Assembly: GCA_964019335.1 (NCBI GenBank)
Contig: OZ025726.1
Location: 62,001 to 126,000, forward strand
DNA from: Diplonema japonicum
Taxonomy: Eukaryota > Protista > Euglenozoa: Diplonemea
Length of the DNA: 64,000 nucleotides
Reading direction: 5' to 3'
Shown piece by piece: positions 54,052 to 64,000 of the stretch; positions within the stretch are counted from its first letter, which is position 1; each line of letters opens with the position of its first letter. Made by a program: the position numbers and the translations under genes. Below the pieces are notes generated by a model that was not told the origin of the DNA, did no database searches, and worked only from the letters and a program-made list of their open reading frames with translations.

Positions 54052-55965
54052 TCAAACTTTCTTCAAGTGCTTAAAAGCCCCCGGCACGGTCCACCCATCA
54101 GCCGTGACCCAAATCTTGTTGGAATAAGCGCTGAGAACCTTCCCGGAGAGCCAAGGGCCGCCAGTGGACGCAGATACCTGGACGAGTGTGTTCTCCAAGT
54201 CTGGGCTGTCAAGATGACATTCCTGGATAGAAGCTGAGGAGGAACACAGGGAAGTGTTGACTGAGCTTTGGGGAGATGGGGGAGGGGAAGGGTGTCTTGT
54301 TTCAGGGAGGGGTGCAGGGAGAATGAAGCAAGACCTCAACGGCACAGGACGGGACACGCCTTCGTCGCTGTCATCGTCGGTCACAAAACCCTCATCTTTT
54401 TCTTCTTCCGCAGCTGCGTTGACTCGCTCTTCTTCCAATTCATCTTCTTTCTCATTCACATTTTTTTCCTTCGTCGGATCTTTCTGATCCTTCACTTCAG
54501 CTGGGTCCCCGGCTGCCCGAGAGTCAGGAAGGGGCAACGAAGGCGGCGCAGCCCCTAGCTGCATCTCGCCCTCATTCATGACGCTCCCTCCGATGATTCC
54601 TTCCGCGCTTTTCACCGGTGTTGGTGTTTGTGTTTGTGTTGGTGTTGACACCGGCACTGGTACCTCCAACGTCTTCAGCTCCTCTTCGTGCTCCGCTTCC
54701 CATTTCTTTCGCTCTTCTGCCAGTCTTCGTTTGAACATAAGTTCTTCCTCCCACTTCTTCTTCTCCTCCTCCACCCTCGCTTCGTATCCCGTCAGCAGCG
54801 GGCCGCTGAAGCTCTCTTTCGACGGTTTCCTCTGAGGCAACTCACGCACCTCATAAGCAGCATTACTGATGGTGCGGTGTGTAGGTGACGGGGTGTAGTC
54901 AGACGGCACGCATGGCTGCGGGGTCGATACTGAGAGGCCTCCCCGTGGGCACGGGGTGCTCACGCCCATTCTCATGATGTCGGTTTCATTGATGGTGGTC
55001 GCGATACTCTCGTGGCCGTTGCTGTCATCGCTGTGCCTGCGTTTCTCGTGGCTGTGCCTGTGCTTGCCGTTGCTGTGTCTGTGCTTTTCATGGCCGTTGC
55101 TGTCCTTGCTGTGCCGACGTTTCTCATGGTTGATGTCGTTGCTGTGCCTGTGCCTGTGTTTCTCGTGGCCGTTGCTGTATTGATATTCGTCCCCCTCGTG
55201 GCTCTGCCTTCGTTCCACGTGCTGTACCTCGTAACCATGCCGTTCCTCCTTGTATTTGAATGGCTCCGACACCTCGTTCTCTTTGCGCCCGTCTTGCCCC
55301 ACCGCCCGATCCCACCGTGCTTGCACGCCCCCTGTCCCCGTCTCCATCTTCATCCCTGTCCCGTTTTGCCGTATCTTCAGCGCGTGTAGAATAGTAGGCG
55401 GGTTGGACTGCCAGGTTTCGTGGCCGATATCGACTGCATTATCCCGTGTGTCCTCCATGGCAGTGGGAAGGAATTTCGGGTCCTTCGGGTGGGGGGTAGC
55501 GTCATCAGTTGTCTGGGAGGTAGGAGTAGTTGCAAAGCCAGTGTCAACGTACCGTGGCTGGGTCAGAGGTGCGGGGCGGGCGGGAGGAGGTGTGTACCGG
55601 GGCGACACGTTCAGGGGGTCCGTTGTGTCGGCACTCAAAGTGTAGAGATGTGCATCAGAAGCAGGTGTCTCGAAGGGGGCGGGGACGTCGCCCGCCTCGC
55701 TGCAGGTAGGGCTGTACGTCATTCTGTGTAGCTTCTTGACCCGTTCCTCTAGTTCCCACCGCTGTCTCAGGGGTGGGGGGGTGTCTTTCGCACCCAAGTT
55801 CCACGTTTCGAACTCGATCCCCAACATACGTGTCAGCGACATCGATATCAACCTCTTCTGTTCCCCGCCCATCTGCTCTGCCATGCTCACAGCCTCTTTG
55901 TTCACCTCACGTGTGGGGGTCGGTGGTGTGTCAGGGGTTCTCGGTGTTGAAGGCTCATCGGACAT
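54052..55965 (-). CDS. Hypothetical largely disordered protein with His-rich repeats and a small C-terminal beta domain
   Basis: 637-aa ORF with SNGHEKHRH-type repeats, a charged helix and C-terminal VQVSASTGGPWLSGKV..WVTADGW. Confidence 0.7.
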   Translation of the reverse strand: MSDEPSTPRTPDTPPTPTREVNKEAVSMAEQMGGEQKRLISMSLTRMLGIEFETWNLGAKDTPPPLRQRWELEERVKKLHRMTYSPTCSEAGDVPAPFETPASDAHLYTLSADTTDPLNVSPRYTPPPARPAPLTQPRYVDTGFATTPTSQTTDDATPHPKDPKFLPTAMEDTRDNAVDIGHETWQSNPPTILHALKIRQNGTGMKMETGTGGVQARWDRAVGQDGRKENEVSEPFKYKEERHGYEVQHVERRQSHEGDEYQYSNGHEKHRHRHSNDINHEKRRHSKDSNGHEKHRHSNGKHRHSHEKRRHSDDSNGHESIATTINETDIMRMGVSTPCPRGGLSVSTPQPCVPSDYTPSPTHRTISNAAYEVRELPQRKPSKESFSGPLLTGYEARVEEEKKKWEEELMFKRRLAEERKKWEAEHEEELKTLEVPVPVSTPTQTQTPTPVKSAEGIIGGSVMNEGEMQLGAAPPSLPLPDSRAAGDPAEVKDQKDPTKEKNVNEKEDELEEERVNAAAEEEKDEGFVTDDDSDEGVSRPVPLRSCFILPAPLPETRHPSPPPSPQSSVNTSLCSSSASIQECHLDSPDLENTLVQVSASTGGPWLSGKVLSAYSNKIWVTADGWTVPGAFKHLKKV

Positions 55966-56481
55966 GGTGGTGTCCCTGAAGGGGTATAAAGGAAAGAGAA
56001 TAGAATATAAAAAAAAAAAGAAGAAGAAAAAGGTAAAGAAAAATGTTTCTTACAAGTAAAGAATATTTTCGGGTCTGGGGGAGGGAAAGAGAGAGAAAAA
56101 AAAAATAGCCACGATTTCCTTTGTCGCTGTACTGCAGGAAGGAAGGGAAGTGGGGAGGGAAGAGAAAAAGAAAAAAGATAAGAACAAAGGGCGGGTAGGA
56201 AGACAAAAAAAGGGGTAGGGGGGGGTGGGGGGGTTTTTAAGGAGCAATGGGAAGTTTATTTTTTTTTATTTTTTTTTTTACTCGTTCTTTTTTTTTTTTT
56301 TTTAAAGGGATGAGCGAACGAGAGAGCAATCAGAAATACAAAAAAAAAAGGAAATTAAAAAAAAAAACCACTAAAAAAGAGAAAAGACAAGGAGATGAAA
56401 AAAAGGAGAGTGGACAAAAAAAAAACACAATGGCAGTGGAGAATATATAGCCAGGGAAAGTCACCCATTCTCCAAAGATTG

Positions 56482-56530
56482 TTTTTATTTTATTTTATTT
56501 TATTTTATTTTATTTTATTTTATTTTATTT
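56482..56530. repeat. (TTTTA)n microsatellite
   Basis: About 9-10 tandem TTTTA units. Confidence 0.85.
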
Positions 56531-57581
56531 TTGCCCATTCCCTTTTCCACCTTCTTCACTATTATTGGGGTTTTTCTTTTTTTTTTCCCTTCTTTTTTTT
56601 TTTGACTAACTCTCGTTCCACACGGGGCAAAAAAAAAAAAAAAAGGAGGTCAGTATAGGGGAATAGAGACGAACATAGTTTAAGATTTCTCCCCCCCCTT
56701 TTTTTTTAAAAACCAGAAGCAAAATAAGGCAAAAGCACAACAAGAAGCACGAGAGGTGGCAAAAAGAAAAAAAAAATGGCTGTCGGAGGAAATGAAATAC
56801 TCTGGTGTTGCTCTTTTCTTACAGCTTGGCTTTCTTCTCTTTCTTCTACTCCATCCTTTATTTTTTTTGTCCTTTTTGTAAACAGCTAACACCTGAAATG
56901 CCCGGAAAAAGTAAGTGGGCTCCTTTTTTTTTTTTTTTTCCCTCTCCTTTTTGCTTTATCCAAATCCCCTCCCTCCGACTATTTAAAAAAATTGCCTCTA
57001 CCTCTTGCCCGGAAACAGTAAGTGGGCTCCTTTTTTTTTTTTTTTTTTTTCCGCCTTATTTCTTTCCCATCACTAAGTTCATTGCTCCCTTCAAGTTTTT
57101 TTTTTTTTTTTTTTTTTTAAAAACACGGGAACTATTCTGATTACACGAACGGGGAAAAAATAAAAAATAAAAAAAAACAAAATAAATAAATAAAAAAAAA
57201 ACGTTTTATAATTGCAAAATAATACACTGTCATCAGCATAACATTTGTTTTGCATCTCTTCAGGGGGGGGGAGGAGGGCAGCCTCCCAAGGAAGGTATAC
57301 AGCACAGGGCGTGGCAATAAGAACATCCTCAATTTGCCTCAATTCCAAGCAAAAAGCTTGAGGGGGATCAAGACAGGAGCCACACCTGCGACTACCCACG
57401 ATACATTGGGGAAAGGGAAGGGGTTACGTTTTGTTGTTTGGTTTTTCTTCTTCTTCTGACGACGTTTTATTTATTATTATTATTATTCTTTCTTTCATAA
57501 AAATCATCCTTTTTTTTTTTAAAGGGTGCAAAGTTTATAAACACGCGGTGATCACTTTCTTTTCCCTTTTTTTTTTCGCCT

Positions 57582-59086
57582 CTAGTTCACGATCGGCTCT
57601 GTCACCTCCTCCTTTGTGACAGCCTGCTCAAGGATCTCAGGTGCCTCTTCGTCCTGTTAAAATTTTTTATTATTATTTAAAATCAAAGAAACACACCTCG
57701 ATCTCCCAGTACTTGCCGTCTTCGAACACAGTGTTGCTCTCGTTCTCGGGAAGGTCGGGGACGTACCTGATCAGGAAGCCACCAATGAGACCCCCTGCAA
57801 GGGAGATCCCGAGAGTGGTGAACATGCACGCTACCTGCATGCCACCCTGGTGGGACGCAGACCTTCCCTTGTCAACCCTTGCAGCGAACACACCCCCAAC
57901 GTCCTGCCCGTACACGGTTTCGTCAGCCGATGCCGCAGCGATCGCACCAGCAACAGCAGCAAGAACACCAGGCAGACCGTGAAGGTTCAGGACACCGCAT
58001 GTGTCGTGAAGGCCGAAGCTCTCAAGAGCGGGTTGGACATACACGTACCCAGCCACAGACAGGCCACCGGCGATCATCCCGATCAAGAGCGCAGGCCATG
58101 CCTCAGTGATGATGTCACTGCTCGTGCCCACAGCCACACCACCGGCAAGGGTCGCGTTCTGAATGTCCACCATGCTGAACTGTTGTGTTGTTTGAATTGA
58201 ATGGTTGGCTGTGATAACATACCTTTCCTGAATTTCTGAGGAGGTACGAGAAGAGGAAGGCCGAAGTGCACGAGGCCGCAATGGACAGCACTGTGTTGAT
58301 GATGACCCTGTTTCTGGCGGCACCGACCGCAAGGGCACCGTTGAAGGAAGGCCAGAACATCCACAGGAACAGGGTCCCCACCATGGCGATGGTGTCCGTG
58401 GTGCGTGTCGAGCCTGCCAGCCCTCGCTTGTCCTTCTCGGCGACGGTCTTTGCGGACATGAAGGTGTACGACGCACCGATCCCGAAGAAGGCCCCGAACA
58501 TGTGCACGTACATCGAGCCACCCATGTCGACTGCCCGGAACTCGTTCACACCGATGGACTCGTTCAGCCCGTACAGGAAGATCTCCCAGAAGCCGAGAAC
58601 CACCAACTGGCAAGGACCGGCCTTCCCGAGAAGCGCCCCGAAGGTGATGAGCACGGTGGCGGCACCGAAGTCAGCGGGGACAAGGTCCGCAACGTTGATC
58701 TGGATCCTGTCGTAGAAGCCGTGACCGCCGATCTTGAAGGCGCGGTGCCAGAAGCCAAGTGCGAGGATGGTCCACTGCAGCATGAAGCTCGCGATGAGCA
58801 TGTTGAAGCCAACTGCGCTCATGCTGTACTTCTTCAAGAAGGTCATGAGGAACCCGAAGCCCACGAAGACCATCACGTGCACGTCTTGGTAGAAGGGGTA
58901 GACACCGATCGTCTTCGAGTCGAGGTTCGAGGTCACCTGGTTCGCGACAGCGGCCTGCGTTGAGTGCTTCGTATCGTCGCCGTACTCCGTTGTGAAGGCA
59001 TAGAGGAGGATGATCGTCACCTGCAGCACAGCGAAGATGATCGCAACGCCCTTGCTTTTGGGCACATTGTGACTTGCTTCAGACAT
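57582..59086 (-). CDS. Rh-type ammonium transporter, copy 1 (3 exons)
   Basis: YPFYQDVHVMVFVGFGFLMTFL, DMGGSM.VHMFGAFFG, GTLFLWMFWPSFN, IQNATLAGGVAVG, HDTCGVLNLHGLPG. Introns 58180-58222 (43 nt) and 57654-57696 (43 nt). Confidence 0.92.
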
Positions 59087-60151
59087 GACTTTTATAATAA
59101 CCTGTACGGGCTGGTTGTTTGCAAGTTGACAAGATATGAGAACTTCAACACCGAGCCTGGAAAAGCTCTTTGGCAATGAGGCGTAGGCCACGGTAAGTAC
59201 TAGGGAGGGTGATGTGAGTGCTATTTCACAAAGAGAAGAGACCATTGAAAAGAAGAAGAAGAAAACTGGGAAACAATATACAACAAAACTGCGACACCCG
59301 AGATAATATTCCTGACGGGCCTTCAAGAAGATACCTGCCGAAACAGAAAAAAAAGAAAAAGATATAAGTTAAAGGAGGTCTTTGTGAGTCGCCCCCTTGT
59401 TTCTCCCCCTCTTCCTGTGAAAAAAGAAGAAAGCTGCGGGTGCCGGCAGAAATGCTCTCGTTTTAAAAAAAAAGAATTAGTGCAGAAGTTAAGCAATAGC
59501 TCCTGCAGGGGGGGGAGTTTGACAACAAACTAGTGTCTACGTTTTCCCTGTACAGGGCACTCCCTTAGCAGTCAGAGAACCCTCGGGATAGTTTAATGAG
59601 GTAAAAAAAAAAAAAAAAGAAGAAGAAGAAGAAAATAATCGATCTTTTAACGGGTGGCACAGTCATACGGCGCTCAGCACGACCACCACAGTCGGCTCCA
59701 AGTGTACCACAAGCACATGGGGTGGGGTGGGGTGGGGTAGGGGGGTTTGTAGTCAAACGACACATTGGAGTGAGCTTCCAACCTGTGCGGCGCCACCTCC
59801 CAGACATGGCGTGCCTGGTCCCCGTCTCCTTGCGGTAGGGGCGATCCTATACCTAGTTACCCCTGTTTTAAGAGGTTTGTTTGTGCCTGGGTGACAGTTG
59901 CTCTGCCGATTGGTAGCTCATGACAGCCGGCCGAGGTTTGCCTTCTTCTTGTCTCTCCGCCGAGCACCCGTCACCCTGGCACAGACTTCCCTGAAATTCG
60001 CTTAAGGGGAAGTGTCGTTACGCACCTAGACCCGGCCAAATGTCTTGCTGCCCCTGAAAAAAGAAAAGGTTAAAAGGTTAAAAAAAAACTTAGCACAGGG
60101 CAAGGATGGTTTCGCGTCAGAGCGTATTCAACATGGGCGCTGCTGCGACAA

Positions 60152-62218
60152 CTAGTGCAGCGGCTCGTTCGGGTTCTTGATAGCGTGCCATTCCTCAGGC
60201 ACCTCTTCGTCCTCACTCTCGATCTCCCAGTACTTGCTGTCCTGAAACACAGTGGTTTCGCCAACACTGTCATCAGGAAGGTCGGGGACAAACTTGATCA
60301 GGAAGCCACCAATGAGACCCCCTGCAAGGGAGATCCCGAGAGTGGTGAACATGCACGCTACCTGCATGCCACCCTGGTGGGACGCAGACCTTCCCTTGTC
60401 AACCCTTGCAGCGAACACACCCCCAACGTCCTGCCCGTACACGGTTTCGTCAGCCGATGCCGCAGCGATCGCACCAGCAACAGCAGCAAGAACACCAGGC
60501 AGACCGTGAAGGTTCAGGACACCGCATGTGTCGTGAAGGCCGAAGCTCTCAAGAGCGGGTTGGACATACACGTACCCAGCCACAGACAGGCCACCGGCGA
60601 TCATCCCGATCAAGAGCGCAGGCCATGCCTCAGTGATGATGTCACTGCTCGTGCCCACAGCCACACCACCGGCAAGGGTCGCGTTCTGAATGTCCACCAT
60701 GCTGAACTGTTGTGTTGTTTGAGTGATGTGATGGTCGAAATTGAAAAGTATTTAGAGTTCAGATTGACTTTCTGGAAGTTTTCAAAGGTCAGAACCAGGT
60801 AAGGTCAAAGCAGGTTCAAGGAGCCTGTGACCTCCTACGTCACGTGTCGGCATCTCTGTCCGAACCCCCTGCCTCAGGGCACTTAAAGTCAGTATTATCG
60901 TAGATCAAACGGTCCACCATAGGCGGAAAAAGAAAAGAAATCTGAACGTCAAAAATAGGATTTTTGGCAAAAAGGAATTTGAACATAATCTTTTAACCCA
61001 AATAGGGCAGGTGGATCGATCCTGATCGGTTTTAATTACAGGTCTCAAAATCTGATTAAGACGCTAGATAACACATGCTGCCGAAAACCCCAAAACACAC
61101 TGCGCCAGGGCTATTACCTTCCGGGGGTTTCCTTTTTTTTTTGAAGCATTCGCCCACGATGCCTCATGGTACAAATAGGCCGAAAGTTAACTCTTCATGC
61201 TTCATGGTGGTTTCATATTGTTTAGGCCCATCCCATTGTAACACACCTTTCCTGAATTTCTGAGGAGGTACGAGAAGAGGAAGGCCGAAGTGCACGAGGC
61301 CGCAATGGACAGCACTGTGTTGATGATGACCCTGTTTCTGGCGGCACCGACCGCAAGGGCACCGTTGAAGGAAGGCCAGAACATCCACAGGAACAGGGTC
61401 CCCACCATGGCGATGGTGTCCGTGGTGCGTGTCGAGCCTGCCAGCCCTCGCTTGTCCTTCTCGGCGACGGTCTTTGCGGACATGAAGGTGTACGACGCAC
61501 CGATCCCGAAGAAGGCCCCGAACATGTGCACGTACATCGAGCCACCCATGTCGACTGCCCGGAACTCGTTCACACCGATGGACTCGTTCAGCCCGTACAG
61601 GAAGATCTCCCAGAAGCCGAGAACCACCAACTGGCAAGGACCGGCCTTCCCGAGAAGCGCCCCGAAGGTGATGAGCACGGTGGCGGCACCGAAGTCAGCG
61701 GGGACAAGGTCCGCAACGTTGATCTGGATCCTGTCGTAGAAGCCGTGACCGCCGATCTTGAAGGCGCGGTGCCAGAAGCCAAGTGCGAGGATGGTCCACT
61801 GCAGCATGAAGCTCGCGATGAGCATGTTGAAGCCAACTGCGCTCATGCTGTACTTCTTCAAGAAGGTCATGAGGAACCCGAAGCCCACGAAGACCATCAC
61901 GTGCACGTCTTGGTAGAAGGGGTAGACACCGATCGTCTTCGAGTCGAGGTTCGAGGTCACCTGGTTCGCGACAGCGGCCTGCGTTGAGTGCTTCGTATCG
62001 TCGCCGTACTCCGTTGTGAAGGCATAGAGGAGGATGATCGTCACCTGCAGCACAGCGAAGATGATCGCAACGCCCTTGCTTTTGGGGTCTTCGTCCACTG
62101 ACGGGGCAAGGGAGTGTTTCGGGCTTGCAGCTGAGACCGGGGCCAAGGAACTGGCAGTCGGGGATTCATCCACTTGAACATTCGTAGCATCTGGGACAGT
62201 GGCCATGTGCTCTTTCAT
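60152..62218 (-). CDS. Rh-type ammonium transporter, copy 2 (2 exons)
   Basis: Same Rh motifs as copy 1. Single intron 60707-61246 (540 nt). Longer Ser/Pro-rich N-terminus; start at 62218, or 62206. Confidence 0.9.
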
Positions 62219-62515
62219 TTTCCCTTTGCTATGTAAGGTACTGTTGATGGAAGAAGAAGAAAAAAAAAAAAAAAAAAACAACCAGGTATCTTTTCCGAAG
62301 ATCTGGCAGGCACACTGGAAGAAAATAAGAAACTGAAAAAGGGGGAGAAAGCAAGAAGGGAATGGGAAAACCCACGCGCGGCAAAAACTCCCAAAGAAAA
62401 AAAAATAAAAGATTTCCCTTTTTTTTTTTTCTTTCTTATCAAATGCATTCAAAGTTCAGAAATCCGCAGCAGAGCCATTTATTTTAAAAGAAATGCTAAT
62501 GCGTACGAGTGGGTG

Positions 62516-62554
<39 letters not shown>

Positions 62555-63431
62555 GGAAAAAAAATAGGGAAAAAGAAAAGAAAAATCAAATAACGTGGCC
62601 CCCGGTCTATTTTTTTGTTTTTTCTTCCCTCATTTTCTCCTTGCGGTTATGAGTGGTCGGTCGTGAACTGACACTTATAATATGAGGGAGGGGGGGGCCA
62701 TTCAAGGAACCATTCTGTTATTTTTGCTTCTTTTTTTTTTCTTTTTTCGACTTTTCTTTTTTTTTTTTTTTTTTTTATTTTTTACTTTCGTTTTTTTTTT
62801 TTAATAATTTTTCTTTCCCTACTTTTTCTTAGTTTTTTTCTTCTTCCGGAGAAAAAAAAAAGGGAAAGGGAAAAGTTAGCATTTGTGTAACTACTATTTC
62901 ATTTTCCTCCCATACCTCTCTTTTTTTTCCCGAAGGGAACATTTTTGACACAAAATCTCCTTCTTTTTTTCTATAACGGCAAGGGAGAACAAAATTCCTC
63001 TTGACTCATTACAAGAAAAAAAAGATTTTTTTTTTGAATCAAAACAAAACTAAAAAAAAAAAAAAAAAAAAAAAAAAATGGGGAAAAAAAAAGATGAAAT
63101 TAGTAGTACAACAAAAAAAAAAATGAAATGAACGGGGAAAAGAAAAAGAAAAAAAAAAGAAAAAAACACCACGTTCTCTTCCCTTTTTCCCTCCCATTTT
63201 CTCGAAGGGGAAAAAAAAAAAAGGGGGGAAATGAAAATAGTGACAAAGAAGAAGAAGAGAAAACAAGGGGGAGAATACAAAATAAATATATCCATCAACC
63301 CCCTCCAGTCCACACGCACTAAAAAAAAAAAAAAAAAAAAAAAAAAAATAGGAAAATGAGGACTTTTTTTTTTCCCCCTCTCTCTTTTTTTTTTTTTTTT
63401 GGTCAACAAAATAATTTTTTTTTTTTTGCCG

Positions 63432-63468
<37 letters not shown>

Positions 63469-63587
63469 GTGATGTCAGCGTATATGAGCTATTTTATAGG
63501 AAAAAATCCGCTCATGCGCAATTTTTTTTTCTCTTTTTTTTTCCCCCGACATTTTTTTTCTCTTTTTTTTCCTTCCTACTATGATAT

Positions 63588-64000
63588 TTAGTTGAAGCCC
63601 CAGCCGTACTCAGCCTTCGAGCCAAGCATCTCTTCAATACGGAGAAGCTGGTTGTACTTGGCAGTACGCTCACCACGGCAGGGAGCACCAGTCTTGATCT
63701 GACCGCACGCAAGCGCAACAGACAAATCGGCAATGTAAGTGTCCTCAGTCTCACCAGAACGGTGGGAAACCATAACGGTCCACCCGTTCTCTTTGCAAAG
63801 CTTCGCGGCGTCAAGAGCCTCGGTAATGGTACCGATCTGGTTGATCTTAAGAAGAAGCGAGTTGCACGAACCCTTCTCAACTGCCTGTTTAATGCACTTC
63901 ATGTTGGTAACGGTCAAGTCATCTCCCACAACCTGCGCCTTCCCCTTCAGTGCGGAAGTCAGAATGGGCCAAGACTCCCAGTCGTCCTCACCGAACGGGT
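63588..64000 (-). CDS. ENO: Enolase, 3' part (5' end lies outside the window)
   Basis: [54 protein letters not shown]. Confidence 0.97.
   Translation of the reverse strand, partial: PFGEDDWESWPILTSALKGKAQVVGDDLTVTNMKCIKQAVEKGSCNSLLLKINQIGTITEALDAAKLCKENGWTVMVSHRSGETEDTYIADLSVALACGQIKTGAPCRGERTAKYNQLLRIEEMLGSKAEYGWGFN

Noticed and set aside
5-62000. Numerous plus-strand ORFs (e.g. 5540..6481, 10342..11151, 15633..16607, 60155..60802)
   Set aside because: They are antisense shadows of real minus-strand genes and have no recognisable motifs.
11672-62218. Non-canonical (non-GT-AG) introns of the kind known in euglenids and some diplonemids
   Set aside because: All introns I could reconstruct have GT-AG ends, so none were needed.
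17727-63880. Poly-Lys/poly-Phe ORFs in intergenic DNA
   Set aside because: They are translations of A/T homopolymer runs, not plausible proteins.
1-64000. CRISPR arrays, rRNA, tRNA or SL RNA genes
   Set aside because: No regularly spaced repeats or recognisable RNA-gene sequence seen by eye; a covariance-model scan is needed to exclude small RNAs.

Overview
Eukaryotic genomic DNA, most likely a euglenozoan and probably a diplonemid (inference). All 24 protein-coding genes I could reconstruct lie on the minus strand, as in a polycistronic directional gene cluster. Other supporting signs are an 'MRR' mitochondrial presequence, a kinetoplastid-type enolase C-terminus and a PSP1-domain protein. 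Unlike trypanosomatids, the genes carry many short cis-introns. I reconstructed 32 GT-AG introns by hand: 31 of 33-76 nt and one of 540 nt. Many have a poly(A) or CA-rich body where a polypyrimidine tract would normally sit. Genes in order: a partial protein with a divergent ADP-ribosyltransferase-like domain, an IQ-motif protein, a four-domain cyclase-like protein, a large coiled-coil protein, three PLAC8-family genes around a TPR/2OG-Fe(II) oxygenase, a TSNAXIP1-like protein, an MFS sugar porter fused to a Mind-bomb SH3-like domain, an SCI1-like protein, a mitochondrial alpha/beta hydrolase, a LicD-family transferase, a PH/PDZ/PSP1 multidomain protein, Miro, DRC2, two paralogous RRM-like proteins, a DUF2817/M14 peptidase, sideroflexin, a His-rich protein, two tandem Rh ammonium transporters and the 3' part of enolase. 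Non-coding features include two copies of a ~500-bp non-autonomous element with subterminal inverted repeats and a 3' hairpin (Helentron/HINE-like architecture), a BED-zinc-finger transposase relic, and pervasive A/T homopolymers. All family calls come from motif recognition by eye; no database searches were run.
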